DNA from: Eledone cirrhosa
Lineage: Eukaryota
Length of the DNA: 64,000 nucleotides
Assembly: GCA_964016885.1 (NCBI GenBank)
Contig: OZ024743.1
Coordinates: forward strand, 198,710,001 to 198,774,000
Direction of reading: 5' to 3'
Shown here in pieces: positions 1-13,440 of the stretch. A model generated the notes under the pieces. The model was not told the origin of the DNA. It saw only the letters and a program-made list of their open reading frames with translations, and made no database searches. Position 1 is the stretch's first letter. Each line of letters opens with the position of its first letter. Made by a program: the position numbers and the translations under genes.

Positions 1-165
1 ACATAGAGTAACAGCAGGTGAAATTTAGAAGTATTTTTCCTTTGTTTTAATAACTATGTTAATTGTGTACCTCGGCCTAAAGTGAGATGAAATTGTGAAA
101 ATACAATTATTAAATTAATGAGGAGTTCTATAGATCCAAAGAATTGCAAGCTGTGTACAATCAGG

Positions 166-248
<83 letters not shown>

Positions 249-258
249 TGTGTCTGTG

Positions 259-364
<106 letters not shown>

Positions 365-437
365 TATAATCAAGGTTTAGCAGATAAGAAAAAGTTTTTA
401 AATGAATTTTAAAAGGTTCACTGTACCTGCTGTATTT

Positions 438-522
438 ACCCTTACCCTACGGTTTCAAGTCTCAAAATAAATGGATATTCCATGCGGAAATCCATTGAAA
501 AGAAAGACTTTCGTCAGAGAGT
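438..522 (-). ncRNA. Type I hammerhead ribozyme, copy 1
   Basis: Minus strand: actct-CTGACGA-aagtct...agactt-GAAA-ccgtagg-g-TA-agggt. Core intact; stems I, II and III can pair. Confidence 0.8.
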
Positions 523-924
523 TCTTTTCGCTCGGAGAATATAAAATTGCCGAGTTCAAATCACGAACTGGCGCCATACAGAACTGTTCCCGAGATGAGA
601 GTGTATGATGAAGAAACAATTCTGTCTAGTGCCGTGTGTAAAGATAGAAGGCAGGGGCGGAAAGGTCAATGTACTGCCACTAGAAATAGCAGCAGTTAAA
701 ACAACCAAAATGTTATCTCGACCAGGGGAGATTAATAATAATAATAAAGTATGTCTCCCTACATGCAAAATGCATATAGGAACACATGTATCATCCAACC
801 GTATGCCGATGTGGTTATATGGCAGGTTAATAAATTAACGAGTCAAACATATATAATCAAGGTTTAGCAAATAAGAAAAAGTTTTAAAATAAATTTTAAA
901 ATGTTCACTGTACCTGCTGTAATT

Positions 925-1009
925 ACCCTTACCGTACGGTTTCAAGTCTCAAAATAAATGGATAATCCATGCGGAAATCCATTGAGAAGAAAGACTTTCG
1001 TCAGAGGGT
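925..1009 (-). ncRNA. Type I hammerhead ribozyme, copy 2 (intact)
   Basis: Minus strand: accct-CTGACGA-aagtct...agactt-GAAA-ccgtacgg-TA-agggt. Perfect 5-bp stem I, 6-bp stem II base, palindromic stem III (accgtacggt), GUA cleavage triplet. Confidence 0.88.
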
Positions 1010-1238
1010 TCTTTTCGCTTGTTTCTTCATCATACACTCTCATCTCGGGAACAGTTTTATAAAACTTTTTTCTTATTTGCAAAACCTTGATTATATATAA
1101 ATATATATACATATATGTATGGGATATATAGAACATTAATAATTATATTCGATTCGCTTGTAAATAAACGGCCTGATTAAAGCTGTGCCATGCCAATGAC
1201 AAATCGTCATCCATTTGTTCAACACTGGCATTGAGGAA

Positions 1239-1279
1239 CAATGAACATGTTTCTGGGTCATTATCCTTCATCAGGATTG
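1239..1279 (-). ncRNA. Degenerate minimal hammerhead motif
   Basis: Minus strand: caatc-CTGATGA-aggataatgaccca-GAAA-catgtt-cattg. Core intact, stems weak. The same GAAACATGTTCATTG follows CTGACGA at 27890-27924 (+). Confidence 0.45.
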
Positions 1280-1532
1280 CCAATCTTTTGAACGGTTGAA
1301 AAAAGAAAATATATATGTGTGTGTGTGTGTGTGTGGGTGTGTGTGTAGGTATCGATATGTTATATGTGTATATATGTAAAGTATACAGATAATGCATCGT
1401 ACTCTGTATTGAGAATTGGTTTATTCCGAAACGTCAGATGTTTTTATTTTTCGTTCGGCGTAAATGTTTATATTCTACACATTTTATTTACTTTTTTATG
1501 CATGTTTTAGTTTTTCTGTGACTTTTTTATTA

Positions 1533-1571
<39 letters not shown>

Positions 1572-1934
1572 GCACACATATACACACACACGCACTCTTT
1601 CTCTCTCTTACACACAAAATACACACACACTCTCTGTCTCTTACACACAAACACACACACTTTTTCTGTCTCTCTTTCTGACACTAGCTACCAGCCTCCT
1701 CTCTGAAGAAGTACGATTGTTCACACCTGGAGAGTGCCGGGATCCGATTGGTGTAAATACCCAACCCACATTAAATGTCCCAACAGTGACACTACGAGTC
1801 AAAATAAGGACGATAAGTACAATTCTTTCTAGAATAATTTTGAGAAAGAAATCTTTATAACAGGAACAGTAAAATCTTCCAAAGAAAATCTACACAGATA
1901 TTCTAGACATTTTGAATATATATTTTGTAATGTT

Positions 1935-2346
1935 AGTAGTATGCAGGATGGCAGTATACATTCAATACAAAGACATTTTGTAGGGCGAGCTTAATACAGG
2001 CTACAGACCCGCAGGAAGGCCCATACTCTGCTATAAAGACGTGTGCAAGCGGGACCTGAAGGCGGGTGGTATTGCTCCAGCAGGCCTTGAAGCGGTGGCA
2101 GCTGACTGCAGCAGCTGGCAACTTGCCATCAAGTCAGCCATTAAGACATCGGAACAGAGGAGAGAGAGGAGCAGTGGGAAGAAAGTAGAGCACGCAGACA
2201 TCAGAGAGCGGAGTCAGCACCCTTGGACGTCATCACCTTCACATGCAGCATCTGCAACAGGACCTGTCGTTTGAGGATCGGTCTCTACAGCCAGACTGAT
2301 CTCCATGGCCCAATCTCCATGGTCTCCCGAGACAGACGGATGCCAT
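1935..2346 (+). mobile_element. RTE-clade LINE 3' fragment
   Basis: Translates as GELNTGYRPAGRPILCYKDVCKRDLK...EAVAADCSSW, then FTCSICNRTCRLRIGLYS (C2H2-like). This is the typical RTE C-terminus. Confidence 0.8.
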
Positions 2347-2767
2347 AATATATTAAAAAAATATAAAGTTTGATGAGCTACCAAGGGGCATCATAGTGGT
2401 CGTTCGGCCAGCTAGAAACAGGGTCCATGTTTCACTGAAATGACACTCTAATATCGTAATATAGAATACATTAGGCATTTTAGTCTTTGTTATTGCAAAT
2501 GATGGATTAGACATGGCTGAAATATTTTTGATAATATTTAACAACAAATAACATTTTTTGTCCTTATTTATTTTATTTTATTTATTGCTTATTTATGTTT
2601 TGATGGGCGTGTCATTTTTTTAATCAAATGTGATGACATACCATTTTTTTTTCTTTACATATTTGATCGTTCCATTTGTAAGATTTCAGATTATCTGCCT
2701 ATCTGTTCTTCTGTCTGCCTATCCATCCATGGATACACCCATCTATCTATATGTTTCTGTATGCCTG

Positions 2768-2820
<53 letters not shown>

Positions 2821-3026
2821 ATTAAAGAAGATAGACGTGTTTTTGTTTCGCTTCTGCATTTTGTCGGAATTTATTACGAGAAGCGGTAGATTTGTATAAG
2901 CTACTTGTTATTTGTTGTGTTTAACCCCTCGCCTGGGACTGCAGACGTTGGGTAAAATAAATTTCGCCCCTTTTTGGGGCGAAATTTGATAGTTATAAGT
3001 TATCGATAAAAAGTCGTTTAGTGACA

Positions 3027-4729
3027 ATGGACGCCATTAACAGGACGCATGCCACGCGCCCCAAGGAAAATGATAGAGAGAAGGTAGCAGCACAACGCTG
3101 TAAGCCTTCCCTCTTCACTCCCGCAAAAGACACTACGGAATCAAAAGAGAAAATTGTGGAAATGGGTGAAAACCCCAAAAGTAACAATTACACAAACAAG
3201 AACAACAATGACAATAACAACACAACCAACAACAATGACAATAACAACACAACCAACAACAGCAATAATGACAACACCAACAAAGGAAAAAAGCAAGCTA
3301 ACACGAATAAAAACAACAACAATGATAACAACACGAAAGAAAACGGACCCACAGCTGCAGTCTCCTTCGCACAGGCGGTTCGAGAAACGTAGACATAAAA
3401 GGCACTGGACATCTCGAATGCCAAGAAATTGCTGAAAGAAGCAAGGAATTGTGTAAGTTTCGGGGAAGGTGGGGAATTCACAATTACCTCCCCCGAAGAA
3501 ATTAGAAGGGACACAATCCTCAGGATCGTAAGTTTTAGGACAGTTTCGAACGCGACTAGGAAACCGGCTCAATTGTCCCAAAGTGAAATTGAGCTGGTCC
3601 TAAGTAGTGCCTGGAAGGATATCGCTTTCATACAGAAAGGGAAACTGTATGGAAGCATATCTGTTTTAATGCAAGATGAATTGGTGGCACGGAAATATTC
3701 TGTGTCGCCAATTGTATCCAAAGCATACACCCTTTTCCCCACATATTTGAGGAAAAGAACTCAAAGGATAAGAATCTCGGGCATCAAGCCAGATGCGAGC
3801 ATTTGGTGGGTGCTAACGGGATTCTTAGAAGATGAGGACACAATTCTTTCGATAGGCGAATCCACCTGGGGCGTATTCGGCGGCAATAGCCTTGAAGTTC
3901 TGGTCCAAATGAGACCAGAACGGATAGCAAGAATACCGCAGCGTGTGTCCCTGGATGAAGTCGCCTTCATAAACATTTCTGTTGAGGGAAGGCGGCCTTC
4001 ATGCTACCACTGTTCAAGAAGTGGTTACCTGAGGACTTCCTCTCCCCTTTTAAATGCCCCCTAAAAAAAAGACGCTTCTGCCCACCCCACACTCAAAAAC
4101 ACAACCACCACCACCACCACAACAACCACAACAACACGAAAAGATAACAGCACAAGACACTGTCCCACCCAACCCCTCCCCTACTAAAACAAATACAAAA
4201 GCAACCACAACAAAACCCCAAAATATACCCCTCCCCAACAACACGGATGAGGACCCCTTATCAACGGCACCCAGTGACGACGAGGGAGAACTCTTTCAAC
4301 CGGTAAAAAGAAAGAAAAGAAGGCACTACATCAACAAAAATACACACACAGCCACCAGCACAAACAGAACAAACATCACAAACAAAAAACCCACCCCTCC
4401 CGAAAACATAACACATACTACAAAACGCAAACACACAAGAACAACAAACAAAAACAAACACAACACAACAAAAACAGTATACATATATCAACACAAACAA
4501 CAAAACACTTGTGCAAACAATAGACAAAGACACTTCGGTGGAAACCGAAGGGAAAATGTTCACCAACTCGGCGACTAAACCGCATTTAAAAATGATTAGC
4601 GTCCCAAGGGACACCTACGCAATGCTCAAACAGAAATTTCCCGAGGACGTGGGGAACTCCTGTACTAGACCTAGCAACCGCGTCCTATTGAAATGTCTCC
4701 CTCCCCAGACCCCCCCCCCACCACCATAA
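3027..4729 (+). pseudogene. Tx1 ORF1 (gag-like), broken
   Basis: ORFs 3021-3392, 3429-4064, 4054-4578 and 4511-4729. Asn/Thr-rich spacer, SFAQAV motif, RRM-like middle, degenerate zinc knuckle CYHCSRSGYL, Pro/Thr/Lys-rich tail. Confidence 0.7.
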
Positions 4730-4873
4730 ACTGATGTTCCACCACATCCCAAACCACCACCCCACCAAACAACCACGCCGACACCCCCATGGAAATTGAG
4801 CAGCCTGGTCCCCAGAAGAAGGACAGGTAGGTGTATTTTCCTTTTGTTCCACTCTAAACTCTTCACCACCAAC

Positions 4874-7800
4874 ATGGCTGTTATAAGATTTGGATGTTTA
4901 AATGTGCGCGGCCTGGGAATGTCCTGGAAGCAGGGTAAACTCTTAAATGACCTCAGGTCGCACAGAATGGATGTGATAGCTATTTGCGAGTCCAGGATCA
5001 GCAGCGAGCACCAACTGGCCCCCATCTTCGACGATTTTGAGATCTATGCATCTCTCTGTCAGCCGGGGGGGGGGGGGGGGTGAGGCGGGGTGGTCGTTCT
5101 GCTGCGAAAACACCTGGGCCTCGCAACACGGAAGGTACACCTGGACCCGGAGGGCTAACTGGTGGTTCTAGACGTTGGCAGTAGTGAAGGTGGAGCCTTC
5201 AGGATGGTGGCAGCGTATGCCCATCTGAGACACCGCGACTGGACTTCTTCCAGCGCCTACAGACTTTTCTGGGAACGTCTTGCTCCTTGCTTTTAGTGGG
5301 GGATTTAATGGTATCCTGGATCCACGTTGGGACTATGTAGGGGCATTTGCCGATAGAGGAGGCTGTAACAGCCTCAAACCGTTAATCAGTCGATTTAATC
5401 TGGCCGATAGATACCGACTAGATTTTCTGACTGTGCTACTGTGGACGTGGACTAATCGTAGCGGAACATCTAGGTCGTACCTAGATAGGTTCCTAGTTAG
5501 AAATAAGGATAGGGACATATTAAGCTGTCTACGAATGTTCATGGTTGACTATTCGGATCGCAAGTTGGTGACTGGAGTGGTCAACCTTGATAGAATGCAT
5601 AGACAAGGACCCGGTTACTGGAAGCTAAACTTGTCCTTACCGACAAACAAAGCTTACAGTAAGCGGATTAGCACTCTAGTTAAGCAGCTGTTGACGGGGG
5701 CAATTGTCAACAGCAGGTCGTGGGGCTCTTTCAAGAGAGAAATTAGAATAGAATCGATAGGTTTTAGTCAGGAATTAGCATCAGATAGGAATAGAACTGA
5801 AAGGGAATTGATGGATAGAGTAGAAGAGGCGATTGGGATGGGCAACGTTGTCGGCGTGCTGGCGTCAAGAACGGCCCTAAACCAGTTCTTTGACGCGAAG
5901 GAGGAGGGCTGCGTTGTCAGGAGTAAAATACGTGCTCTGGGTAACGAGGGAGCCAAAGCTGTTAGCTGGGCCCGAGTGACAGAGGCAAAAAGTGGAAACA
6001 AGTACACATTTCGGTCTTTGAAGGACCAGGATGGACGCGTGATCCTTGAACCTGAGCGGATGTGCGCGGCCTTTCAACGGCGCTTTGCACGACTGTTCGG
6101 GAGTGGTGGCGGGCCGGCTGAGGCCATGGATTTCGGTCCATACGTCGACGGTCTGCCGCGGCTCTCGGACGGGGAGGCGAAGTCCTGCGAAAGGCCGATT
6201 TCAGCCGCTGAAATAGGGGGAGCGCTGAGCCAATGCGGCAAACGCAAATCTCCCGATCTCGATGTTCTACCATACGAACTTTATGTAGTGATGCCGGACT
6301 TGTTCTCCAATCTCCTCAAGGCGGTCTACTGCAACTGGCAACAGAACGGGAGAATTCCCAGTTCTGTGACCAAGGGCGTAGTCACGCTGGTGAGAAAGGA
6401 AGAGAACAAGGGAGATGACATAGATAACTTCAGGCCCATAACTCTGCTAAACACAGAGTTAAAGATTTTGGCCAAGGTATTAGCAAAGGGGTTGGCGCTT
6501 GTCGTCGGGAACCTGGTGGGTGAAGCACAGACTTGCGCAATCCCGTCCATGTCCATACACGACAACCTCCACCTCATGCGATACATCGTAGAGAGGGTAG
6601 GTAATGAACCCGTCTTTGGTGGGGCCCAATCTAAGGCGTTCGATAGGGTCAACCATCGGTACCTGGATGCGGAGCTCACGGCGGCAGGCTTCGGACCCGT
6701 TTTCAGGGGCTGCATTGCTGCAATGCACAGCAGCAACAACTGCTCGAGGGTCAAGGTGAACGGCTACCTCTCGGAGCCGTTCCAAATCGCGCGACCATCC
6801 GACAGGGATGCCCTTTCTCCTCCCTTCTGTATGTGCTGCCTCTCGAGCCACTACTGCGGAAGTTGGAGCTGTTGCAGGGAATCCCCTAGGAACTGGGTTT
6901 GCGGAAAGCGGTGTCGGCCTACGCCGATGACGTGACAGTAATGGTGTCGTGCGCCTCGGAAATCGGGCAGATCGGCACTTTACTGGAGGAATACGAAAAG
7001 TTTACAGGAGCCAAGCTGAACCGGGACACAGTCCATCGGTTTGCAACTCGGAACGTGGAGAGGCAAACCGATGCCCTCTGAGGGCGTCGTCGGACGCTGG
7101 ACGGAGGAACCGGTGAAGCTGCTCGAGGTCTGGTTCGGACCGGACCTTCAGGTGGAGAAAAACTGGGACGGGATAACGGGCAGGGTCTTTGCACACGCCC
7201 AGAAATGGGCCGAGTACAAACTATCCCTGAAAGGTCGAGCGGAGGTGGCAAACACTTATATAGCGTCCGTCATCTAATACCGCTTGACCGTCGTGCCTTG
7301 CCCAACGAAAATGCTCGCCAAAAGGGAGCGTGCGCTCTTCCAATTCCTTTGGTAGAAGCGGGCCCCTTTGATGAGAAGATCCATCTGCTGTCAACACCCT
7401 TCGAACGGAGCTCTGGGGATGCCGTGGCTTACGATGCGTAGATACGCATTAAGCCTACAGCACCACCAGGTATTCCTCACCTGTCAGCCGGTGTGGGCCC
7501 CTTTTGTGAGGCGAGCCTTTCCGAGACTCGTCTCACTCACCGAGCTGCAATCCTGGGTCAAGCAAAAACCGAGAAAAATCGGCGACTGGCACATTGAATG
7601 TGCCCAGGCGCTCACAGCCCTCTGGCAAGCGGTTCCGGAAATCAGTGGAGACTCAACCTCAACATTCTATAGAGGGTTGGTGCGCAGCAAGTGCGACGAC
7701 GCTCTCGGAGAGGCTCTGGGCATGGAGGAAGACGAGCTAGCCAGTCTGTTCGGTAGGAGGTTTGGCCCGGGACCGATGGACAACTTCCAAAAGTCCCTGG

Positions 7801-8299
7801 CTTGGCAGTGCTACCGAGGAACTCTACCCGATCGGGACAAGCTCTACAGACACGGGTGCCCGGATAGGGACCCCTCGAAGAAGATCTGTCCGAGATGCGT
7901 GCGTGACGAGGAAACCGTCGCGCACGCATTCCTACACTGCCCGGGCGTTGCTGACCTGTGGGACTATGTGGAACGACTACTGTCGTGGGTGGGACCAATC
8001 CGGTTGACCACCGAGTACATTGTCACGATCAAACCTCACCCTTCAAAAACGAAGGAGAGGCGGTTTTCCTCTGTGTGATAACTATGGTGAAAGAGGTTGT
8101 ATGGTGGACGAGGTTGAAAGGGCTGAGGTCAGACACTTTTCTCTCCGGCCAAAAACTGGTCCTTTTTTTCAAGTACCATTTTAGAAGAAGGATCAGAATG
8201 GAGAGAGAGGTGCTCCACCCCAGCAAGTTTTATGACAGATGGATGAAAGTGGCGAGAATGGCCCGAACAAATGGGCCTTCTCTCTATATCAGCCTGTAG
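4874..8299 (+). pseudogene. Tx1 ORF2 (APE endonuclease + reverse transcriptase), frameshifted
   Basis: Motifs MAVIRFGCLNVRGL...DVIAICESR, GGFN, SYLDRF, PGYWKLN, NFRPITLLN, KAFDRV, AYADD, CPRC...ETVAHAFLHC. Frameshifts (poly-G 5065-5080) and stops. A 15-nt deletion removes LINLD before QSKAFD relative to the 19.5-kb copy. Confidence 0.92.
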
Positions 8300-8595
8300 G
8301 TGAGAGAGGAGAAGAAAGAAGAGAGGAAGGGAGCGCCCGCTCTTTGTGCTCCTGAGGAGGAGGGTTGCACATTGTTTTCGAGGGCTGTGCGACCTACGTC
8401 AACACCCCCGCCCTATTGAGGACTTCGATTGTTGAATTTTATTTGTTATATGTTTTTACACATCCTTTGAAATGTATGTAAACTTACCCCTCCCTTTGTA
8501 TTTGTCCCAATCTTTGATGCCCTGGTAGCAAATAAATAGAAAGTTATCTATCTATCTATCTATCTCTCTCTGTCTGTCTATCTCTCTGTCTGTCT

Positions 8596-9580
8596 CGAGT
8601 GCCCACAGGCGCTCCCAGCCCTCTATCAAGCGGAAACGGCAATCAGCGGAGACTCCACTTCGACATTCTATAGGGGATTAGTAGAGGATAGGAGCGACGA
8701 CGTTCTCGAGAAAACTCTAGGTATCGAGGAGGACGAACTGACCAGTCTGTTTGGGAGGACTTTCCGTCCAGGGCCTATGGATAACTTCCAGAGGTCTCTG
8801 GCCTGGCATTGTTATCGAGGAGCTTTACCAGTTAGAGACAAAATCTACAAGCACGGACGCCCTGGCAGAGATCCTGCTAAAAGGACATGTTCAAGATGCG
8901 AGCAGGACATCGAAACCATTCTGCACGCAATTGTTCAGTGCCCAGGGGTGACCCACCTGTGGAATTATGTCGAACAGCTACTGTCACGTGTGGGACTCAT
9001 CCAGTTGTTAGCCGAGTCCATCGTGAGGATCACTCCGCCGCCTTCATTTAAGAACGAAGGAGAGGCAGTTTTCCTTTGTCTGGTGGCTATGGCGAAAGAG
9101 GTAATATGGTTGACGAGGTTAAAATGACTGAGGGCAAACACCTTTCTCTCCGGACAACAACTTATCCCCTTCTTTAAGTATCAATTCAGAAGGAAGGAGG
9201 ATGAGAGTGGAGATAGAGGTGCTACACCCCAGTAAATTCGCTGAAAGGTGAGTGAATGTGGGGAAAATGGCCCGAGTGAATGGGCCTTCTCTGTATATAA
9301 ACCTCTACTTTGAGGAAGATAAACAGAGGGAAGACAGGAACACCTACAAAACGTGTTCCTGGTGTTGAGGGTTGTTCTATGCACGGGGTGTAAAACAACC
9401 CTGCAGTAACGTTCCCACCCCCTATTGCGGATTTCAATTGTTATTTTATTATTAGTTTATTGTTATTTATTAGTTTATTGTTATTTATTAATGTTAAAGT
9501 TGTTTTTATGTGAAACACCCGCCGTTACGTCTTGTAATGTCACATTTGTGTACGCCCCTATGGCAAATAAAGAAGGATAT
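8596..9580 (+). mobile_element. 5'-truncated, divergent Tx1 3' fragment
   Basis: MDNFQRSLAWHCYRGALPVRDK...CSRC...ETILHAIVQC matches the other copies. Ends gcccctatggcaAATAAAgaaggaTATCTATCT and starts after a TATC/TGTC tract. Confidence 0.9.
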
Positions 9581-9836
9581 CTATCTATCTGTCAATATAT
9601 ATATATATCTTTCTCTATATATCTATATATATTTATCTTTTACTCCCATTATTCATATTGTGCTATTAAACACAATTTCGTCGGTCGGGTTCGAAATGAC
9701 CCCAGATGATAACTTGTAAAGAGCTATTGTCAAAAATAAAAGATCAAAGGCAACTACGGCATATAAGGAGATACACTTGACTGTAGCACCACCACCACCA
9801 CCACCACCACCACCACCACCACTACTACTACTACTG

Positions 9837-9873
<37 letters not shown>

Positions 9874-9941
9874 AATCTGAACAATGAAAATTGTTCTTCA
9901 AATTGTACTTAGAAATAATTCATAAATACATTTAATGATAA

Positions 9942-9989
<48 letters not shown>

Positions 9990-9991
<2 letters not shown>

Positions 9992-10185
9992 CGAAGGAAA
10001 TGTGGTAAGGAACCAGGTGGACCATAACGCACCAAAGTACTCAATACTTGGGGTAGTAGAGTGGGTAATAGGAACCAGTAAGACCCCGACAGCTGAGCTC
10101 AAGCCGTTTCGACGGCTAATTCTGGACTCAGTCCAGAATTAGCCGTCGAAACGGCTTGAGCTCAGCTGTCGGGGTCTTACTGGTT

Positions 10186-10190
<5 letters not shown>
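9990..10190. mobile_element. (TA)n-embedded insert with perfect 61-bp-arm palindrome carrying a hammerhead 3' half
   Basis: 10068-10128 is the exact reverse complement of 10130-10190. Each arm has GAAA-cggct-tgagctc-agctg-TC-ggggtc. Confidence 0.8.
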
Positions 10191-10235
<45 letters not shown>

Positions 10236-10393
10236 GGGGTAGATAAAGAAAAAAGAAAAAAAGAAATAAGAAATATCACAGTGACTTCGTTTAGCTGGAG
10301 AGGTAAGTCAGACTCATTGAGAAGAGGATTATAATTGTGGCGACGTGGTAGTGGAGGTTGTGGTAAGAATGGCGGTACTGATTATGGGTCGAC

Positions 10394-10910
10394 GTGAGTA
10401 CATCAATGGTTGTTGTGGTTGTTGTTGTTGTGGTGGTGGTTGCGGTGGTGGTGGTGGTGGTATTGTGGTGTTGTTGTGGTGGTGGTGGGGGTGGTGGTGA
10501 TGGTGGTGGTTGCGGTGGTGGTGGTGGTGGTGGTGGTTGTAGTGGTGGTGGTTGTGTTGGTGTTGTTGTGGGTGGTAGTGGTGGTGTTGTTGTTGTTGTT
10601 GTTGGTGGTGGTAGTGGTGGTTATGGTGGTAGTGGTAGTGGTAGTGGTGATGGTGGTGGTGGTGGTGGCGGCGGTGATGATGGTGCTGGTGATGGTGGTG
10701 GTGGTGGTGGTATTTATGGTGGTGGTGGTGGTGGTGGTGGTTATGGTGGTTGTTGACGGCGGTGGTGGTTCTGTTGGTGGTGCTGCTGTTGGTAGTGGTG
10801 GTGGTGGTGGTGGTGGTGCTGGTGCTGACGGCGGTGGTTGTAAGTGGTGTTGAGGCTGCTGATGTTGGTGGCAGTGGTGCTGGTGGTGATGGTGGTGATG
10901 GTGGTGGGTT
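10394..10910. repeat. (GGT/GTT)n degenerate trinucleotide tract
   Basis: Seen directly in the sequence. Confidence 0.95.
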
Positions 10911-11681
10911 AATATAAAAGGGGTGTTGCGGGTAGATTGTTTTATAGGGACTATTGTGGATAAACTTTGTAATGAGGGTGTTAATGGCGGTCGTGTTAAT
11001 ATAATGGTGTTAGCGGCGTGGCAGTACTCTGGAATGTTTTTTTTCTCTATCTCCATATAATGGAAGAAAGCTTCAGCTTTGTTTTCTCTACAATTTCGTT
11101 CTAGGTCAATGTTTTGTTATTTACGTATGAGTTGATCTATTATTTATTCTTTTTTAACTTTCTTTTAGTCTTTCATTTTCTTTTATTCACGCAGTTATTG
11201 TGAACATAGGGTGGAGATTGGGGTTGCTTGAATTATTCGTGTTTTTTCAATGCTTCTGGAGTTTATTGTTAATTTAAGTCTCTGGCAGACAAGAAAAGAA
11301 GGAGAGAGTGAGTGAGCGAGAGAGAGAGGTAACTAGGATGAGAACACTATTTTCTTACATGATGACGTGCTCAATAGTTGAACAAAGAAGACATTGCTTT
11401 CAAATCTTTTTGTTAGCTTCAATAACGACATCATTAAGCATATACACAACACATTTATGTATGCCATACGCAAACATTATATATATATATATATATATAT
11501 ATCCATATTAATATATTTTAATATATATAAATATATATATATTTATATATATTAAAATATATTAATATGGATATATATATATATCCATATTTATATAACG
11601 AATTATTGTTCAATGAAAGTAAGAAACCGATTATGATGTAGGGATTTGACAGAATCAGCGCAACTCCGGACTAACAAACGT

Positions 11682-12150
<469 letters not shown>

Positions 12151-12170
12151 TTATATATATATATATATAT

Positions 12171-12585
12171 GGCTTAGTGGTTAGAGCATTGGACTTGTAA
12201 TCGAAAGGTTGTGAGTTCAATACTCGGACCGGGTGATGTGTTGTTTCCTTGAGCAAGACACTTTATTTCACATTGCTCCATTTTAGTCAGCTGTAGAAAT
12301 GAGATGATATGACTAGGGTCCCTATCATTCCACTGCAAATAGGTCGTGGAGGTGCCACGGAAAAAGCATCCAGCCCACACTGTAAAGTGGACGTGTAGGC
12401 ACCACGGAAAAAAAGCACCCAGCACTCACTGTAAATGAGTTTGGTGTTAGGAAGCGGATCCAGCTGTAGAAATCAAGCCAGAATCATTTCCCGTATGAGC
12501 AAGACAAGGCCAGCCGACAGGACAACCCGTCTAACCCATGCTAGCGTGGAAGAACGGACGTAAAACGGTGATGATGATGATGATA
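12171..12585 (+). mobile_element. tRNA-derived SINE with RTE-like 3' tail and (GAT)n end
   Basis: A-box ggcttagtgg, B-box-like gagttcaatac, central gtttccttgagcaagacact domain, tail acccatgctagcgtggaagaacggacgtaaaacggtgatgatg. A related head lies at 33245-33370. Confidence 0.8.
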
Positions 12586-12587
12586 TA

Positions 12588-13428
12588 CGAGGTGTATCAG
12601 AAAGGTTCCAGGACTGATATCACAAAAGATTTATTTCAAACCCAAATTTCACACTAAAAGTTCACTCCTTCACAGTAATCCCCCTGCAACGATCCAACTT
12701 TTTTCTTCATAATTTTATATACATGTCCTCTGTTTCAGGTCGTCAACCAATGAGCTCAGAGCAACAAACAAACTTGAAGTTTCTGGTACGGTTGGGGAAA
12801 ACTCCCCAGAAGCGCTGTGATTGCTGCAGCAAGTGTATGGAGATGAGACGATCACGCTCACGTGTTTTTGAGTGGTGTAAACGGTTTAAAGAAGGACGCG
12901 AGAACGTGGAAGATGACCCCAGGAGCGGAAGGCCCTCAACAACCAGGACAGTCGGCTGACTGTTCGACTGATGGCAAATGAGCTGGGCATGAATTGGGAC
13001 AGCGTTTTGATGATTCTCACTGAAGATTTGTACATGCGGAAAGTCTGCGCGAAGATGGTGCCAAAACTGGTGAACGATGACCAGATGGGTCGACGCATGC
13101 AAGTGTGCCAGGACATCCTCAAGCGTCTTGAAACCGAACGAGACTTGCTAGGGACAGTCATCACCGGTGATGAGTCATGGATCTTCGAGTACGACCTGGA
13201 GGGGACCCGTATTAAAGACGTGGACGACATCAAAAAGGCCGTGACGACGGAACTGCGGAGGATCCCGGAAGAATCCTTCCAGGAGTGCATGCAAGCGTGG
13301 AAGAAAAGGATGGAAAAGTGCATTAGACTCCAGGGGGATTACTTTGAAGGAGAAAACTCTTAGTGTTAAGTTTGGGTTTGAAATAAATCTTTTGTGACCT
13401 CAGTCCTGGAAATTTCTGACCCACCTCG
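12588..13428 (+). mobile_element. Internally deleted mariner DNA transposon
   Basis: ~57-bp imperfect TIRs (cgaggtg.atcagaaa..tccaggactga...ttcaaacccaaa) flanked by TA. Transposase motifs EWCKRFKEGRENVEDDPRSGRP, KMVPK and ITGDESWIFEYD are joined directly to the C-terminal KCIRLQGDYFE. Confidence 0.92.
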
Positions 13429-13440
13429 TATATATATATA

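Larger units (their letters stand above)
2821..8545 (+). mobile_element. Near full-length, decayed Tx1/L1-clade non-LTR retrotransposon inserted in (TATC)n
   Basis: ORF1-like region, APE endonuclease, RT (YADD) and C-terminal CxxC..HxxxxC motif. 3' end gccctggtagcaAATAAA. (TATC)n at 2768-2820 and 8545-8565. Confidence 0.93.

Noticed and set aside
10394-11056. Gly-, Val- and Thr-rich ORFs
   Set aside because: These are translations of a (GGT)n tract, open in several frames on both strands.
12171-12245. tRNA gene
   Set aside because: A/B boxes are present but there is no complete cloverleaf, and it continues into a SINE body and tail.
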